Assembly: GCF_001194135.2 (NCBI RefSeq) | Contig: NC_069001.1 | Span: 33,523,285 to 33,587,284 of the forward strand | DNA length: 64,000 bases | Source: Octopus bimaculoides | Lineage: Eukaryota | Direction of reading: 5' to 3' | Shown here: in pieces, positions 1 through 12,470 of the stretch | How the letters are laid out: every line of letters begins with the position of its first letter | Position numbering within the stretch: the stretch's first letter is position 1 | Position numbers and translations under genes: made by a program | Notes under the pieces: model-generated | What the model saw: the letters and a program-made list of their open reading frames with translations, nothing else | What the model was told of the DNA's origin: nothing | Database searches by the model: none

Positions 1-345
1 GTTGGCTCGTGTGTTAATAGGATAAGTAATGCTTGCTTCCGGGATCTACTAAGACGTTTTGAGCTGGTAGATCCATATAGACTGGAATTTCCGAATGCCC
101 CATTGTGGACATTGGCAAATAGCCACCGATATTCCAGGTCTTATCTAGATAGAATAGTAATTAGAAAAGTAGATAAGAAGATAGCTAGGTGTCCACAGTT
201 TCACATGGTCAGCTACAGTGATCAGAAGATGGCCACCTGTAAGCTCGACACAGATAAGTTATATAGAGGTCTTGGCTACTGGAAACTTAATACGTCCCTT
301 TTGGCGATTAAGGAGTACAGAGACCAGATTGAGATGTTAATTGGA
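1..345 (+). mobile_element. L1/Tx1-clade non-LTR retrotransposon ORF2 fragment (C-terminal part of APE endonuclease)
   Basis: Frame +1 is open from base 1: LVDPYRLEFPNAPLWT..SRSYLDRI..YSDQK..RGLGYWKLNTSLL..EYRDQI. This matches the D-x-W/Y-R, TW, SRIDR, SDH and GxGYWKLNxSLL motifs ending L1/Tx1 endonucleases. The rest of ORF 103-531 runs into microsatellite. Confidence 0.85.
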
Positions 346-478
346 ATACTCAGTCATTTTCTTTTACACGTTCATCGAATGAACACAAAGCTTGCATTGA
401 AACGGAGTTTCATTTATTCACTTTTATACAAGAACGCATACGCGCGCGCGAGCGTGCACACATACACATACATACACA

Positions 479-521
<43 letters not shown>

Positions 522-2109
522 TCTTATATAATTGGTTTTTTGTCTCGATAGTAGGCCGTTTTCCTTTCTGTCGTTGTTCCTTTTCTTTCCCTATTTACAT
601 TTAAACTGACTCAACTTCACTGTAATACTGGTACTTATGGAACTTATTTTATCGAACCCAAAGGGATAAGGATTCATAGCAGTCAAGCAGAAAACCAGAT
701 GACGCACGTCGTCTAGTTTGCTGCATAACTGCAGTATATATACATTCATACATATAAACATACATATATACTTACACACACACAAACGCACGCACACACA
801 CACACATACACACACACACACACACACACATGCACGCGCACACTCACTAGCATTCACCTACGCTCACACATACGCACACAGGCGCGGGACGCGCCAGCTA
901 CACATACATATTTGTACACACACACACACATTAACGTACACGCTTCACACACATACATGCATATAAGCATACATACACACATGCATTCGTACGCATATTG
1001 TATCTTTCACGTCTATTGGTAAACGCTTAGCACACTTCATTTCCGACGATAACGCCTGCTAATCAATCTCTGAAGACAATTTATCCTGATGGCACACTGG
1101 AAATACTGTATTTATTGGGTGATCATCTAAAAGAGTGGGTGGGGTGAAAATGTGTCTGTGTGCGCGTACGTGCATATGTGTGTGTGTGTGTGTGTCTATG
1201 TGTGCGCGTTATGGTGGTAGTGGGGAAACCTTTTATAAATTGCCTATTGAAATGGAATATATATATATTTTTTAGCAAAAGCAACAGCATTACAAACAAC
1301 ACCAAGAACAGGAACATCGTCATCAACCCCAACAATAGCAAACAAGAGGAAAAAGCATATTATTAGTACAATAATATGTTGAGTTATAATACAAATAAAA
1401 CGAAGAAAAATAAGAAAAGGAAGAGTGACTTTTACGTAGATATAAATTAATCGGCGTGGGAGTCACTCTGTGGACTTGAAATTTTGCAAGGGATGGAATG
1501 ATTAGCGGGGTTAAATGACGACATATAATAAATTGTTAATGAAAATTAGCTCACGCAAGAATACAGAGGAATTCAAATATACAATCTCCAGTGAAACTGC
1601 AGTTATAGTCTATCTCTTTTCCAGCCTCCTGTTTCAATTCAACTGGAGATTGGGGACAAAGTGATTTGAAGTGGGAGACTTATTAGTTGCCCGGAGGTAA
1701 AAAGGGAGCATCAGTAATGAATGCTATTGCAATAGCAGTTTATGATTGAAGTCAAAAGCTTTTAGATTTAGCTAGATATTTTTTATTTTGATGATATCGA
1801 GGAAGTAGAAGCAAGAAATTTATTTTTATTTATTTATTCTATGGAGTTTCATGAATATGAATCATTATGGAATGACGAATACCAAACAATTGCTGGATAA
1901 TGTCAGTTGGTGGGGAAAGAACAACAAAAACTGTTGTATCAGATTGTAACACGGAATTTAGATCACAAATCCAACCTCAAGACAGGACCAAGTTTTCATT
2001 TTCTTATTTTTCTTTATACTGTAGTCTTGAAGTTATACTATAACCTTGAAGATATACCTTAACCTTGAAGTTATGCCATTTCATAGTTATGATCCAACCT
2101 CGATGTTGT

Positions 2110-2327
2110 ATCACAGCCCTGAATTTGTCAGGATGCCGGGCAAAATGTTTAGCAGCATTTCGCCCGTCTTTACGTTCTGAGTTCAAATTCCGTCGAGGTC
2201 GACTTTGCCTTTCATCCTTTCGGGGTCGATTAAATATATATCAGTTGAGTGCTGGGGTCGATGTAATCGATTTAACCCTATCCCCCAGAACTTACTAGCC
2301 TTGTACGAAGATTTGAAACCAATATTT
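2110..2327 (+). mobile_element. SINE-A copy (tRNA-derived, Octopus-type)
   Basis: B-box GAGTTCAAATTCC, core GTCGACTTTGCCTTTCATCCTTTCGGGGTCGAT and tail CTTGTAC..GAAACCAATATTT; head degenerate. Confidence 0.8.
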
Positions 2328-2336
2328 ATCTTCGAT

Positions 2337-2555
2337 AAGGAGGCGGGCTGGCATAATCGTTAGTATGCCGGTCAAAATGCTTAGCGGCATTTCGTCCGTC
2401 CTTACCTTCTGAGTTCAAAATCCGCCAAGGTCGACTTTGCCTTTCATCCTTTCAAAGATAAAGTAAGCACCAGTTGACCACTGGGGTCGATGTAATAGAC
2501 TTAACCCCTTTCCTGAAATTGCTGGCCTTGTGCCAAGAATTGGAACCAATATTTA
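2337..2555 (+). mobile_element. SINE-A copy, tandem with previous
   Basis: Head AAGGAGGCGGGCTGGCATAATCGTTAG (A-box), B-box GAGTTCAAAATCC, same core and tail. Two more degenerate copies probably follow, to about 2880. Confidence 0.8.
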
Positions 2556-5500
2556 TTTTGGTTCATTTTTATTCTGAGTTAAAAATCGGCATCTTTTATG
2601 TCTCAGAGAATGACAGCATAAATATCAACAAAGCAGAATTGTGAGCCGATTCAGTTAACTTTGTCCCTCTCCTAAAATGTGTGGGTCTTGTGTTAATATT
2701 AACGGCGAAATGTGCAATCGTTAGAGCGAATATTATTTGTGATGTTCAGTTACAACTCTTTATTTTCTGAGTTTAAATCTTTCAATAATATAAGATGGAA
2801 GTGGGGGAGTTGATTCAATCAACAATACCTTTCCCCGAAAACTTGTGACATTGTGCCAACAAGAGAAATCAGTATCAGAAAATATTTATTAGAGTCGGTA
2901 GGCTTGTGATGATTTGCGGGCGAGAGTAAATTGAATTTTTAAAAACTTTCCTGATTAAGTGTTCCTGTTTGAAACATTAACCATCTCATCATCTCATGGC
3001 AGACCAAAACCAATTCTAATTATAAAATTGTGAATGCAGACGAGAGAGTCTTTTCTCGTTTCTCCGCAACCTGCTCGGCCAGGGCTGTTAACTGATTTCC
3101 GTGGAATTAACTGGATGGAAAACATCTTTCCTCTAGATAGGTCGCCTATATATCGCGGATATTTTTTTTTTCGCAAGTGGAAGTTAAGTTTGGCAGCAAT
3201 ATAAAATCGATGAGTGTTTTGTTATCATGCAGTGGTGACTTTATCTTCTATTGAGGAAGAAATGTTCTCTACTAAGCTGACTTTCTGTAGATGCATTAGA
3301 TTAGATTTCAGTGTTTTTCCTACAGTCCGAATTGGTTATACGAAAGCATGTTCAAAGAAGAAACCTAGAAAAGAAAGAATAAAGAAAAAAAAAGGAAGAA
3401 AAAAGGAAAGGAAGCACGTACCAATAGAGTATTTATTATGAACGAAAAACGAGAAACATTCATTTTACACACCTTGTATAATTGTTCAGCAAGAAATCCT
3501 GATTGGCCTTAGCAGAGATATCTTTCGAAGGTAGACGTCACTTTTTCATGTCAACTGACCTTTATTAAAGTTGATTGGTCGGTTAGTTGCAGTTGTTCTA
3601 AAGTCGCTTTGAACACGTTCTATAAATGTTTCTACTTTTTATGGTGTAAGACGATGAGTCGTGAAGTGGGGACCTAAATAGACAGCTTTATATGTTTTAC
3701 TATAACCAGTTGGCCCAGAACTAAATACAAAGGGGAATTAGACGTGAAAGTAAGGCCTCATTTACATAAACAAGCATACGCAATAACATTTTAATTTGCA
3801 CCTTCATTTGTATCTAATCCATCGTAAATAAATGTCATTTTGTAAAATATACACCACTACATACGAGCGCGCGCACACATACGTTATGAAAAGTAGGTGC
3901 GAATGGTAAATTGGGATTTGGATGAAAGGAGAGATTGTTCATTTTTGTCTGGGGTTAGAATCGAAATAGGGAATATTCTTTGAGCAGAGGGCGAGCTTTG
4001 GAACCCTCCCTCAAACCTATATGAGATTGCCTTCCGCATAGGAAGGTAAGTACTTTAATGACATGTTTGTGCTGCTGCTGTGTAGTATGTCTCTTTTACA
4101 TCATCAGCCATCGTGTGAAATGTTTTGTATCTCTGACAATGATATAAACATTTTCGACCGCATTTTGGGCGCTTAAGGGTTTCCCGCTCACTTTTGTCGA
4201 GCAAGTATCTAGTAGTTAAGTAATATATAGAAATACGATGCTCAAAGACTTTTGATTAATTTCTAGCCTCTTTCTACATCGTTTTTATTGAGATGGTGCC
4301 TGTCTAAATCACTGTTTTTGTGGAACCCTCTCGTCAATGTTATTGCGACTGAGGATATCAGTGGAATGACTTTTCACCTATAGCCCAGTGAAATATTTCA
4401 GATATTGGCACTAGCACTTCAAATCTATTGCGAGATAGTTTCTTGTTCTAAGGAGAACTGCCATAATTTTGAAAGTCTGGTATAACATTCTTATGCGCAA
4501 ATAAACATTATTTATTTGTGCATAACATCTTTGTACGATGCGTCTTCATCAGCACATTGGTATTTATAACACACAATGTTTGGAACAGAAGAGATAGGAA
4601 GACTAGATATCGATATTTATTATGTTTTTTTTTTTTGTTTTTGCTTGGGAAGCGGTTTTCCAACGTTAAGCTATCAGGTATAAACATTTTCTTTGTCCGG
4701 ATTCCATCCCTGTATCAGCTCAAAATACTATTATTAAATCCACCCGTTTGTCAGAAGTGCAGAAGTTTCCAATATAGATCGTAATATCTTCAGAGACATA
4801 ATGAATTACATTAGTTTTTCTTTCTCTTGTCGCCATAGTATATAACCATGAAATGCGTATGTTAGTTTCTTTTCCTGAGTGGAGTTTTATAGTTTATTTT
4901 GACCGGCCATATTTCGGTAGAATTGTAAAGAAAAGATATCTAGAAGAAAAGAGGAAAACAGCAAGTGAGTCTTGTTCTTTTTGTCATCCTTTGTACAACT
5001 ATTTGTTCTTTCAATTTTAAGAAGACGCTACAAGAATACCCGATATAAAATAGTTATTGGTTAACTAGTTGAATATGAATCATGGTAATTCTACTTAAAA
5101 TTATTACCTGAAATACACTGTTTATATTATTTGCAGCAGAGATACTTGTAATTCAGTAGGTTGTTACAAAAGAAAAGCTTACGTATGTATGTATGTATGT
5201 ATGTGGATGAGTTATGCAATATGCTTTATACCACTGTACTTTTTTTGATATTTAATTTGTTTAGAAAAATTTTCTGGACATCTAATTCTGGAAAAGAATA
5301 TGGGAACAAAACATCAAAAATGGAAAAGTTACTCCTGGTTGTGTAATTCAAAACGGGGGAATTGATGCCTGACAAAACTGATCAAAAATGGAATTTTAAA
5401 AGCTTGTTTTTAAGAAACATAATGAATTTTTTCCTCAAAAGATAAAAATGTTAGGCAGGCGAGGATTTTATGCACTGCTCCACCAACATAAATTGATTAG

Positions 5501-5717
5501 GTTGTTTTAAAATTAATTTTAAATATATATCATTTGATATAGGTGACACTGGGAACAATTCTAGAGTGGGAAAAAAATCACCCTATTCTCATTTCCAGGA
5601 GCTAAGACTTAAGAGCACCCTCTCCTAGCCTCAATCGACAGACTATAAGAATCTTTTACAACAACAGCAACTACTGCAAGGACTAAATCAGTAAATCATC
5701 AGAAAGACACTTTTCAC

Positions 5718-5915
5718 AGCTGGCTGAAATTGTTAGCACGCTGGACGAAATGTTTAGCGGTATTTCGTCCGTCGGTCAAATTCGACAAAGGTCAACTTTG
5801 CCTTTCATCTTTTCGGGGTTGATAAATTAAGTACCAGTTGCGTACTGGAGTCGAACTAATCGACTGGCCTCCTCCCCCAAAATTTCAAGCCTTGTGCCTA
5901 TAGTAGAAAGAATCA
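5718..5915 (+). mobile_element. SINE-A copy
   Basis: GCTGGCTGAAATTGTTAGCACG head, core CTTTGCCTTTCATCTTTTCGGGGTTGATAAATTAAGTACCAG, tail CTTGTGCCTATAGTAGAAAG. Confidence 0.8.
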
Positions 5916-5924
5916 TTTGAGCAT

Positions 5925-6095
5925 CAAAAGAAATGCTTTGCAGTACTTCCGGCTCTTTATGCTCTGAGTTCAAATTTCATTGAGGTCAACTTTTCGGATG
6001 TAGTATATAGTACCAGTCAAGTACTGGGGGACGATATAATCGACTAGTCTCTCTCCTTAAAATTGCTAACCTTGTGCCAACATTAGACAGAATTT
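5925..6095 (+). mobile_element. SINE-A copy (degenerate, tandem)
   Basis: CTGAGTTCAAATTTC, AGTACCAGTCAAGTACTGGGGG, AATCGACTAG and CTTGTGCC. Another degenerate copy lies at about 6375-6530. Confidence 0.65.
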
Positions 6096-7330
6096 TAACA
6101 AAGTCTAAAAGAACGGTAGTGCTGCCAAGCAGGAATCCTCGAGATGCGTACAAAGTGACTAAACCGTACTGCATGTACATGTGGATTGCAGAATTGTAGT
6201 TATGTCGAACAATTATTGACGCACGTATGAGGAGCCTGGCTATTAGCTGAATTCATCTTGAAGATCGCATCACCAGCCGCATTTACAAGGTGAGTCAGGT
6301 AGTGTTCTGTCAAGTGGCTATTGTGAAAGAAGTAGTGTGATGGACAAAGTTGATAGGATTGAGGACGAGGGCCTTTTAGGTTCTGAGTTCAAATACCGCT
6401 GAAATTAACTTTCTCTTTCCTTCTTCTGAGGTCAATATTATAAAGTACCAGTAGAGTACTTGGATCCGTCTAATCCGTTGTTCCTTTACCCCAAATTCCA
6501 TGTCTCGAACCTATGTTAGAAACGGTTATTAATATTATCACCTTAATCATGATTAATATCAATGTTTCTTACGGTAGCCAGAATGGCGACAACATAAAAC
6601 TATTCCTGCTGTGTGACCGAAATTTTGTCATCTTAAAAACGCTTTTAAGGTAAACGTTTCGTTTCCGTCTGTCGAGGAACACGTAAGANNNNNNNNNNNN
6701 NNNNNNNNNNNNNNNNNNNNNNNNNNNNNNNNNNNNNNNNNNNNNNNNNNNNNNNNNNNNNNNNNNNNNNNNNNNNNNNNNNNNNNNNNNNNNNNNNNNN
6801 NNNNNNNNNNNNNNNNNNNNNNNNNNNNNNNNNNNNNNNNNNNNNNNNNNNNNNNNNNNNNNNNNNNNNNNNNNNNNNNNNNNNNNNNNNNNNNNNNNNN
6901 NNNNNNNNNNNNNNNNNNNNNNNNNNNNNNNNNNNNNNNNNNNNNNNNNNNNNNNNNNNNNNNNNNNNNNNNNNNNNNNNNNNNNNNNNNNNNNNNNNNN
7001 NNNNNNNNNNNNNNNNNNNNNNNNNNNNNNNNNNNNNNNNNNNNNNNNNNNNNNNNNNNNNNNNNNNNNNNNNNNNNNNNNNNNNNNNNNNNNNNNNNNN
7101 NNNNNNNNNNNNNNNNNNNNNNNNNNNNNNNNNNNNNNNNNNNNNNNNNNNNNNNNNNNNNNNNNNNNNNNNNNNNNNNNNNNNNNNNNNNNNNNNNNNN
7201 NNNNNNNNNNNNNNNNNNNNNNNNNNNNNNNNNNNNNNNNNNNNNNNNNNNNNNNNNNNNNNNNNNNNNNNNNNNNNNNNNNNNNNNNNNNNNNNNNNNN
7301 NNNNNNNNNNNNNNNNNNNNNNNNNNNNNN

Positions 7331-7386
<56 letters not shown>

Positions 7387-8480
7387 GTCAGTATGTGTAA
7401 GCCTAAAGGCACAAACAGCATTAGGAGAATTGGCTTCAGCTTACTATCACACTTCAAAAGTTATATAAATTGTATAAACCGAATGAAAACTCATCATATC
7501 TACTATATCGGAAATGTATCTCATGACACTAATAGCAAACATTATTCAGCAACTATTTCTTAACAGAAAATTATTATGAATGAATACACACACATTAACT
7601 AGTCTATAATGCAACTTGTTAGACGTAGAAGTTAAGCTATATTTTCTACATAAATTATCATAGGCGAAATTGAAAAAGGAAGAAAAAAAGCTAAAAAAAA
7701 AAAAATTCAAAAAGTGAAGATCTAAACGGTATAAATCTGACGACCAGAAATGTTTAGTGCACTTGTAAATGCATATACATACATACATACATACATACAT
7801 ANNNNNNNNNNTACATACATACATACATACATACATACGTGTATGTGTATATGTATGTGTATATGTATGTGTATATGCATGCATGCATGCATGTGTGTGT
7901 GTGTGTGTGTAAAAGAAGAGGCTGACAGTGATTGAAATGAGTATCAGCCAAGAGTTTTCTTCCGTTCTATCTCCAGCTGTCACATTCTCAATGCTTTCCT
8001 GGCTCAACATTGTGAAGACCAAAGGATGATTATGTCTGCGCGCGACTACATAGGCACCTAAAACAATTAGAGAAAATATGGGAAAAGCTACCAGGTTAAT
8101 ATTCGCGTACAAATGACAACTATTGTTTTTATTGGTGCTTGCTTTTAATCCTGGCTGACTAATGTTTAATATTGACTTTAGAATATTTTCATTATGCTTT
8201 TGCACCTAAACGACCATGCGATGTGTTTTGCCTTTTTTTCAAAATTTATTTCTAACCTTAGTCTAGTATTGATTTGTACTTAGCTAACTATTTTGTCAAA
8301 GGATTTTTGCACAAAGAGGAATACATTTAAGATGTTACAGACTCGTGGATGAAATGATATTTTTTTTTTAGATTTATTCGCATCAAGTATATTTTGGAGT
8401 ATTGCGTGTTAGAATTTAATTTGGATGAAACACCACCTATTGAAGACGTCTTTTTTAGCTCTTGTGCTGTGATGTGGACA

Positions 8481-8725
8481 CCTGTCTGTCTGTCTGTCTC
8501 TGCCTCTCTCTCCATCCCTCCTTCTCTCTCTCTCCCTCCCTCCTTCTCTCTCTCTCCCTCCCTCCTTCTCTCTCTCTCCCTCCCTCCTTCTCTCTCTCTC
8601 CCTCCCTCCTTCTCTCTCTCTCCCTCCCTCCTTCTCTCTCTCTCCCTCCTTCTCTCTCCCTCCTTCTCTCTCTCCCTCCTTCTCTCTCTCTCTTTCTCTG
8701 TCTCTCTCTGTCTCTCCCTCTCTCA
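8481..8725. repeat. Polypyrimidine minisatellite, variable ~18-22 bp unit (CTCCCTCCCTCCTTCTCTCTCT)
   Basis: Direct reading; explains the SLSLPP and EREGG ORFs at 8394-8905. Confidence 0.9.
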
Positions 8726-8982
8726 ATATCACGTGATGACTTACATGAGAATTCTATGACGAGCACGGGTGCTCGTCATAAAAATTTTGCGAGACCAACA
8801 AAAGTACATACCGTCATGTTACTTAAGGAATTCTTTTGCAAGACAGCATCTTGTTGGTTAGATATAGGCATGCCGGTCCCACATGTCTGGGCACGCCGAA
8901 TGTAAAAGGCAGGAAAAAGTACCGCCAGATATTTAGTCCTAAACCGTAACGGTAGGACCAATTCGCAGTTTTCACACTATAG

Positions 8983-10052
8983 TACGAGGGGTGTCTGAAA
9001 AGTCTTGAGCCTCAAAACAAAACAAAACATGGTACAAGACTTCTGATGATTTATTTTTCTACATAGTCCCCCTCGATGGCTGAACACTTTCTCCAGCGGT
9101 GCTGAAGCGCCATTATCCCGGCGTAGAAGAACTCATTTGTTTGGGACTCCAAGAAACTTCCTACAGCGTCAATGATGCCATTGTCACTGGCAAAATGGCG
9201 ACCAGCCAGGGCTTTTTTCATTTTTGGAAATAGATGAAAGTCAGAGAGGGCTAAGTCTGACGAATAAGGCGGATGGGGAACAACTTCGTATCCACAATCA
9301 CGAATTGTTGCCACGGCAACCACTGAGGCTGGAGCATTGTCGTGATGAAAAAGGACTCCTCTGGTGAGCATTCCCGGCCTTTTTTCTTTGGTTGCTTCTC
9401 GGAGGCGTTTCAGTAGCTGAAAATAATACAGCCCTGTCACGGTGTGACCCTTTTCAAGGTATTCGATCAGCAAGACACCATGAGAATCCCCAAAAACGGA
9501 CGCCATGACCTTGCCAGCTGAAGGAATGACCCTGAACTTCTTTGGGGTAGGAGAAGATGTGTGCTTCCACTGCTTTGATTGTTCTTTGGTTTCAGGCTGG
9601 TAGTGATGGTCCCAACATTCGTCCATAGTAATGAAACAAGCAAGAAAACTCTCTTCATCAGCTTCAAACAGTTCCAGATTGCTTGTGGACAAAGTGCACC
9701 TGGAGTCAAAAGGCGAGGGACCCACCTTGCAAAAACCTTTGACAACCCAAGTTCTTTTGTCACAATGTTGTCTGCTCTTTCAGTTGAGATGCCCAGTCTT
9801 TCGGCTATCTGACGACATGATATTCGGCGATCTTGCATTATCATACCAAGAGCAAGGTAAAGGTTGTCCTTGGTGGTTGCAGTTGGAGGTCTTCCTGGTC
9901 TTGGATCATCTTCCACATTCTCCCTGCCACGCTTGAATTCATTTACCCAGCGTTTGACTGTTGCATATGAAGGAGCATTGTCTGTTAAGGTTCTCACCAT
10001 ATCTTCATGGATTTCTGATGGAGTCATGCTTTTCAAATGAAGGTACTTTATG
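8983..10052 (-). mobile_element. Mariner transposon (irritans/Himar1-like), defective; 5' end lost in N-gap
   Basis: TA followed by TIR CGAGGGGTGTCTGAAAAGT at 8983. Transposase in two frames: HTH region (SYATVKRWVNEFKRGR..GRP) to WVPRLLTP, frameshift near 9700, then TMDECW, HHDNA, HPPYSSDLALSDFHLF and EGDYVEK-stop at 9051. There are 32 residues between D2 and D3 instead of 34. Confidence 0.95.
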
Positions 10053-11404
10053 NNNNNNNNNNNNNNNNNNNNNNNNNNNNNNNNNNNNNNNNNNNNNNNN
10101 NNNNNNNNNNNNNNNNNNNNNNNNNNNNNNNNNNNNNNNNNNNNNNNNNNNNNNNNNNNNNNNNNNNNNNNNNNNNNNNNNNNNNNNNNNNNNNNNNNNN
10201 NNNNNNNNNNNNNNNNNNNNNNNNNNNNNNNNNNNNNNNNNNNNNNNNNNNNNNNNNNNNNNNNNNNNNNNNNNNNNNNNNNNNNNNNNNNNNNNNNNNN
10301 NNNNNNNNNNNNNNNNNNNNNNNNNNNNNNNNNNNNNNNNNNNNNNNNNNNNNNNNNNNNNNNNNNNNNNNNNNNNNNNNNNNNNNNNNNNNNNNNNNNN
10401 NNNNNNNNNNNNNNNNNNNNNNNNNNNNNNNNNNNNNNNNNNNNNNNNNNNNNNNNNNNNNNNNNNNNNNNNNNNNNNNNNNNNNNNNNNNNNNNNNNNN
10501 NNNNNNNNNNNNNNNNNNNNNNNNNNNNNNNNNNNNNNNNNNNNNNNNNNNNNNNNNNNNNNNNNNNNNNNNNNNNNNNNNNNNNNNNNNNNNNNNNNNN
10601 NNNNNNNNNNNNNNNNNNNNNNNNNNNNNNNNNNNNNNNNNNNNNNNNNNNNNNNNNNNNNNNNNNNNNNNNNNNNNNNNNNNNNNNNNNNNNNNNNNNN
10701 NNNNNNNNNNNNNNNNNNNNNNNNNNNNNNNNNNNNNNNNNNNNNNNNNNNNNNNNNNNNNNNNNNNNNNNNNNNNNNAGAGAGAAACGGAAAAGCAAAG
10801 AAGTAAACACAGATTGGCAGACAAAGGCAGACAGATGGGGGACACAAGAAAATAGATAGTCGCAGATGAAGTAACAGGTGAACATCATACGTCATCGAAA
10901 CTTATTCATATTTGAGAATTGTCTGTACTGACTTGCACCGACACAGACATCCACAAGTTAGTTTCCCCAGGCTCTGGTTTTGTATTATATACACACGGAT
11001 ATAGAGTTTGCAAGCCACGTGAGTGGACATAGACACACTTAGCATGTAGAATATATGCATGCAAGTTTATGTGCGTGCGCGCGTGTACGTGCGTGTGTGT
11101 GTGTGTGTGTGTAAGTGAAAGAGAGAGGAGGAGAGAATGGAAGAGGGAGAAAGAGTAGGAGAAAAAGAGGGAGAGAGATGGAGAGAGAGAAGGACAAATA
11201 GATGAATTTATATTGGTATAAATCGAAAGGAAAACTAATCGTAGTTTTAACAATTTTTAAAAGGTGATTCGGTACAAACTATAATGTTTTGTGATAATAA
11301 AAATGTTTACTGATAATAAAAATGCTTACTAACAGTTTTGATATTTCTTCGGATAATTTTTTTCTTGTTTGCTTTTGGATGTTCCTGCCATTAAATATTT
11401 TAAG

Positions 11405-11700
11405 ACTGGCATAAGTATTGTTTGGTCTTATAATATTGCATTCGTAGTCATGAGATCCGGTGTCGATCCCTCAGCAAACTAGAAACTGTCAGTCCGTCGA
11501 ATGGATTGTAGTTGTAATTTAAGGCCCGGTTTTGTCATGCTGTTTCCGCTTTAGAATTACATTAGAGATACACATATCTATGGAATATTCACCCATTTAC
11601 GCGTTAATTCATCGAATATCTAATTTATGAAATAGGCAGTTCAAGTGATCGAACAACTAAATGGTCACTGTCGAACCGACGGAGAATCCAGCATTGTACA
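11405..11700 (+). mobile_element. Degenerate SINE-like repeat (family E), related to 62755-63095
   Basis: Shares GAATTAC-TTA-GATACA..TCT..GGAATATTCA-CCA-TT with 62965-63020; tRNA-like head with GGTGTCGATCCC. Confidence 0.5.
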
Positions 11701-11797
11701 GAAGATCGGTGGAGTGACTTAGTGTTCTATTATAATTCCATTTTCAGCTGGTATGCTTAGAAGGAACATGAAATTGAGTTCAATATTTATTAGTAGT

Positions 11798-12470
11798 AAG
11801 GTGGCGAGCTGGCAGAGTTGTTAAGCACGCCGGGTGAAATGCTTTGCGACATTTCGTCCATTTTTACGCTCTGGGTTCAAATTCCGCCGAGGTCGACTTT
11901 ACCTTTCATCCTTTCGGGATCGATAAAATAAGTACCAGTTGAATACTGGAATCAATGTAATCGACTTAACCCTCCCTCAAAGTTGCTGGCCTTGGGCCAA
12001 AATTTAAAATCAGTATCTACTAGTAGTAAGGCGGCTAGCCTGCAGAACCGTTAGCACACCGGAAAAATTGTTTAGCGGCATTTCGTCCGTCTTTACGTTC
12101 TGAGTTCAAATTCCACCGGGGTGAACTTTGCTTTCATCTTTTCGAGGTCGATAAAATTTGAGGCAACTGAACACTGGGGTCGATGCAATCGACTAACCCT
12201 CTCCATCAAAATTGCTGACCTTGTATCAAAATGTGAAACAATAGTTACCTTCATCAAGGCGGCGAACAGGCAGAATCGTTAGCACACTAGGGAAAACGCT
12301 TAGCGGCATTTCGTCTGTTCAGACGTTGAGAGTTCAAAATCCGTCGACGTTCACTTTGTCTTTCATTTTCGGGGTCGATAAGATAAGTACCAGTTGAACA
12401 CTGGAGTCGATGTAATCGACTTAACCCCGCCACCGAAATTGCTAACCTTGTGCCAAAAATTGGAACCAAT
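11798..12470 (+). mobile_element. Three head-to-tail SINE-A copies (about 11798, 12027, 12256)
   Basis: Each begins AAGG(C/T)GGC..GCAGA..GTTA(A)GCAC and has a GTTCAAA B-box, the TTTCATC..TCGAT core and a CTTG..AAAA tail; period about 225-230 bp. Confidence 0.9.

Noticed and set aside
1606-1702. Exon-like segment (TCTCTTTTCCAG acceptor, GAG|GTAAAA donor)
   Set aside because: All three frames contain a stop codon and there is no other support.
6240-6296. Consensus donor AAG|GTGAGT
   Set aside because: There is no convincing acceptor or recognisable peptide upstream, and it sits between SINE copies.
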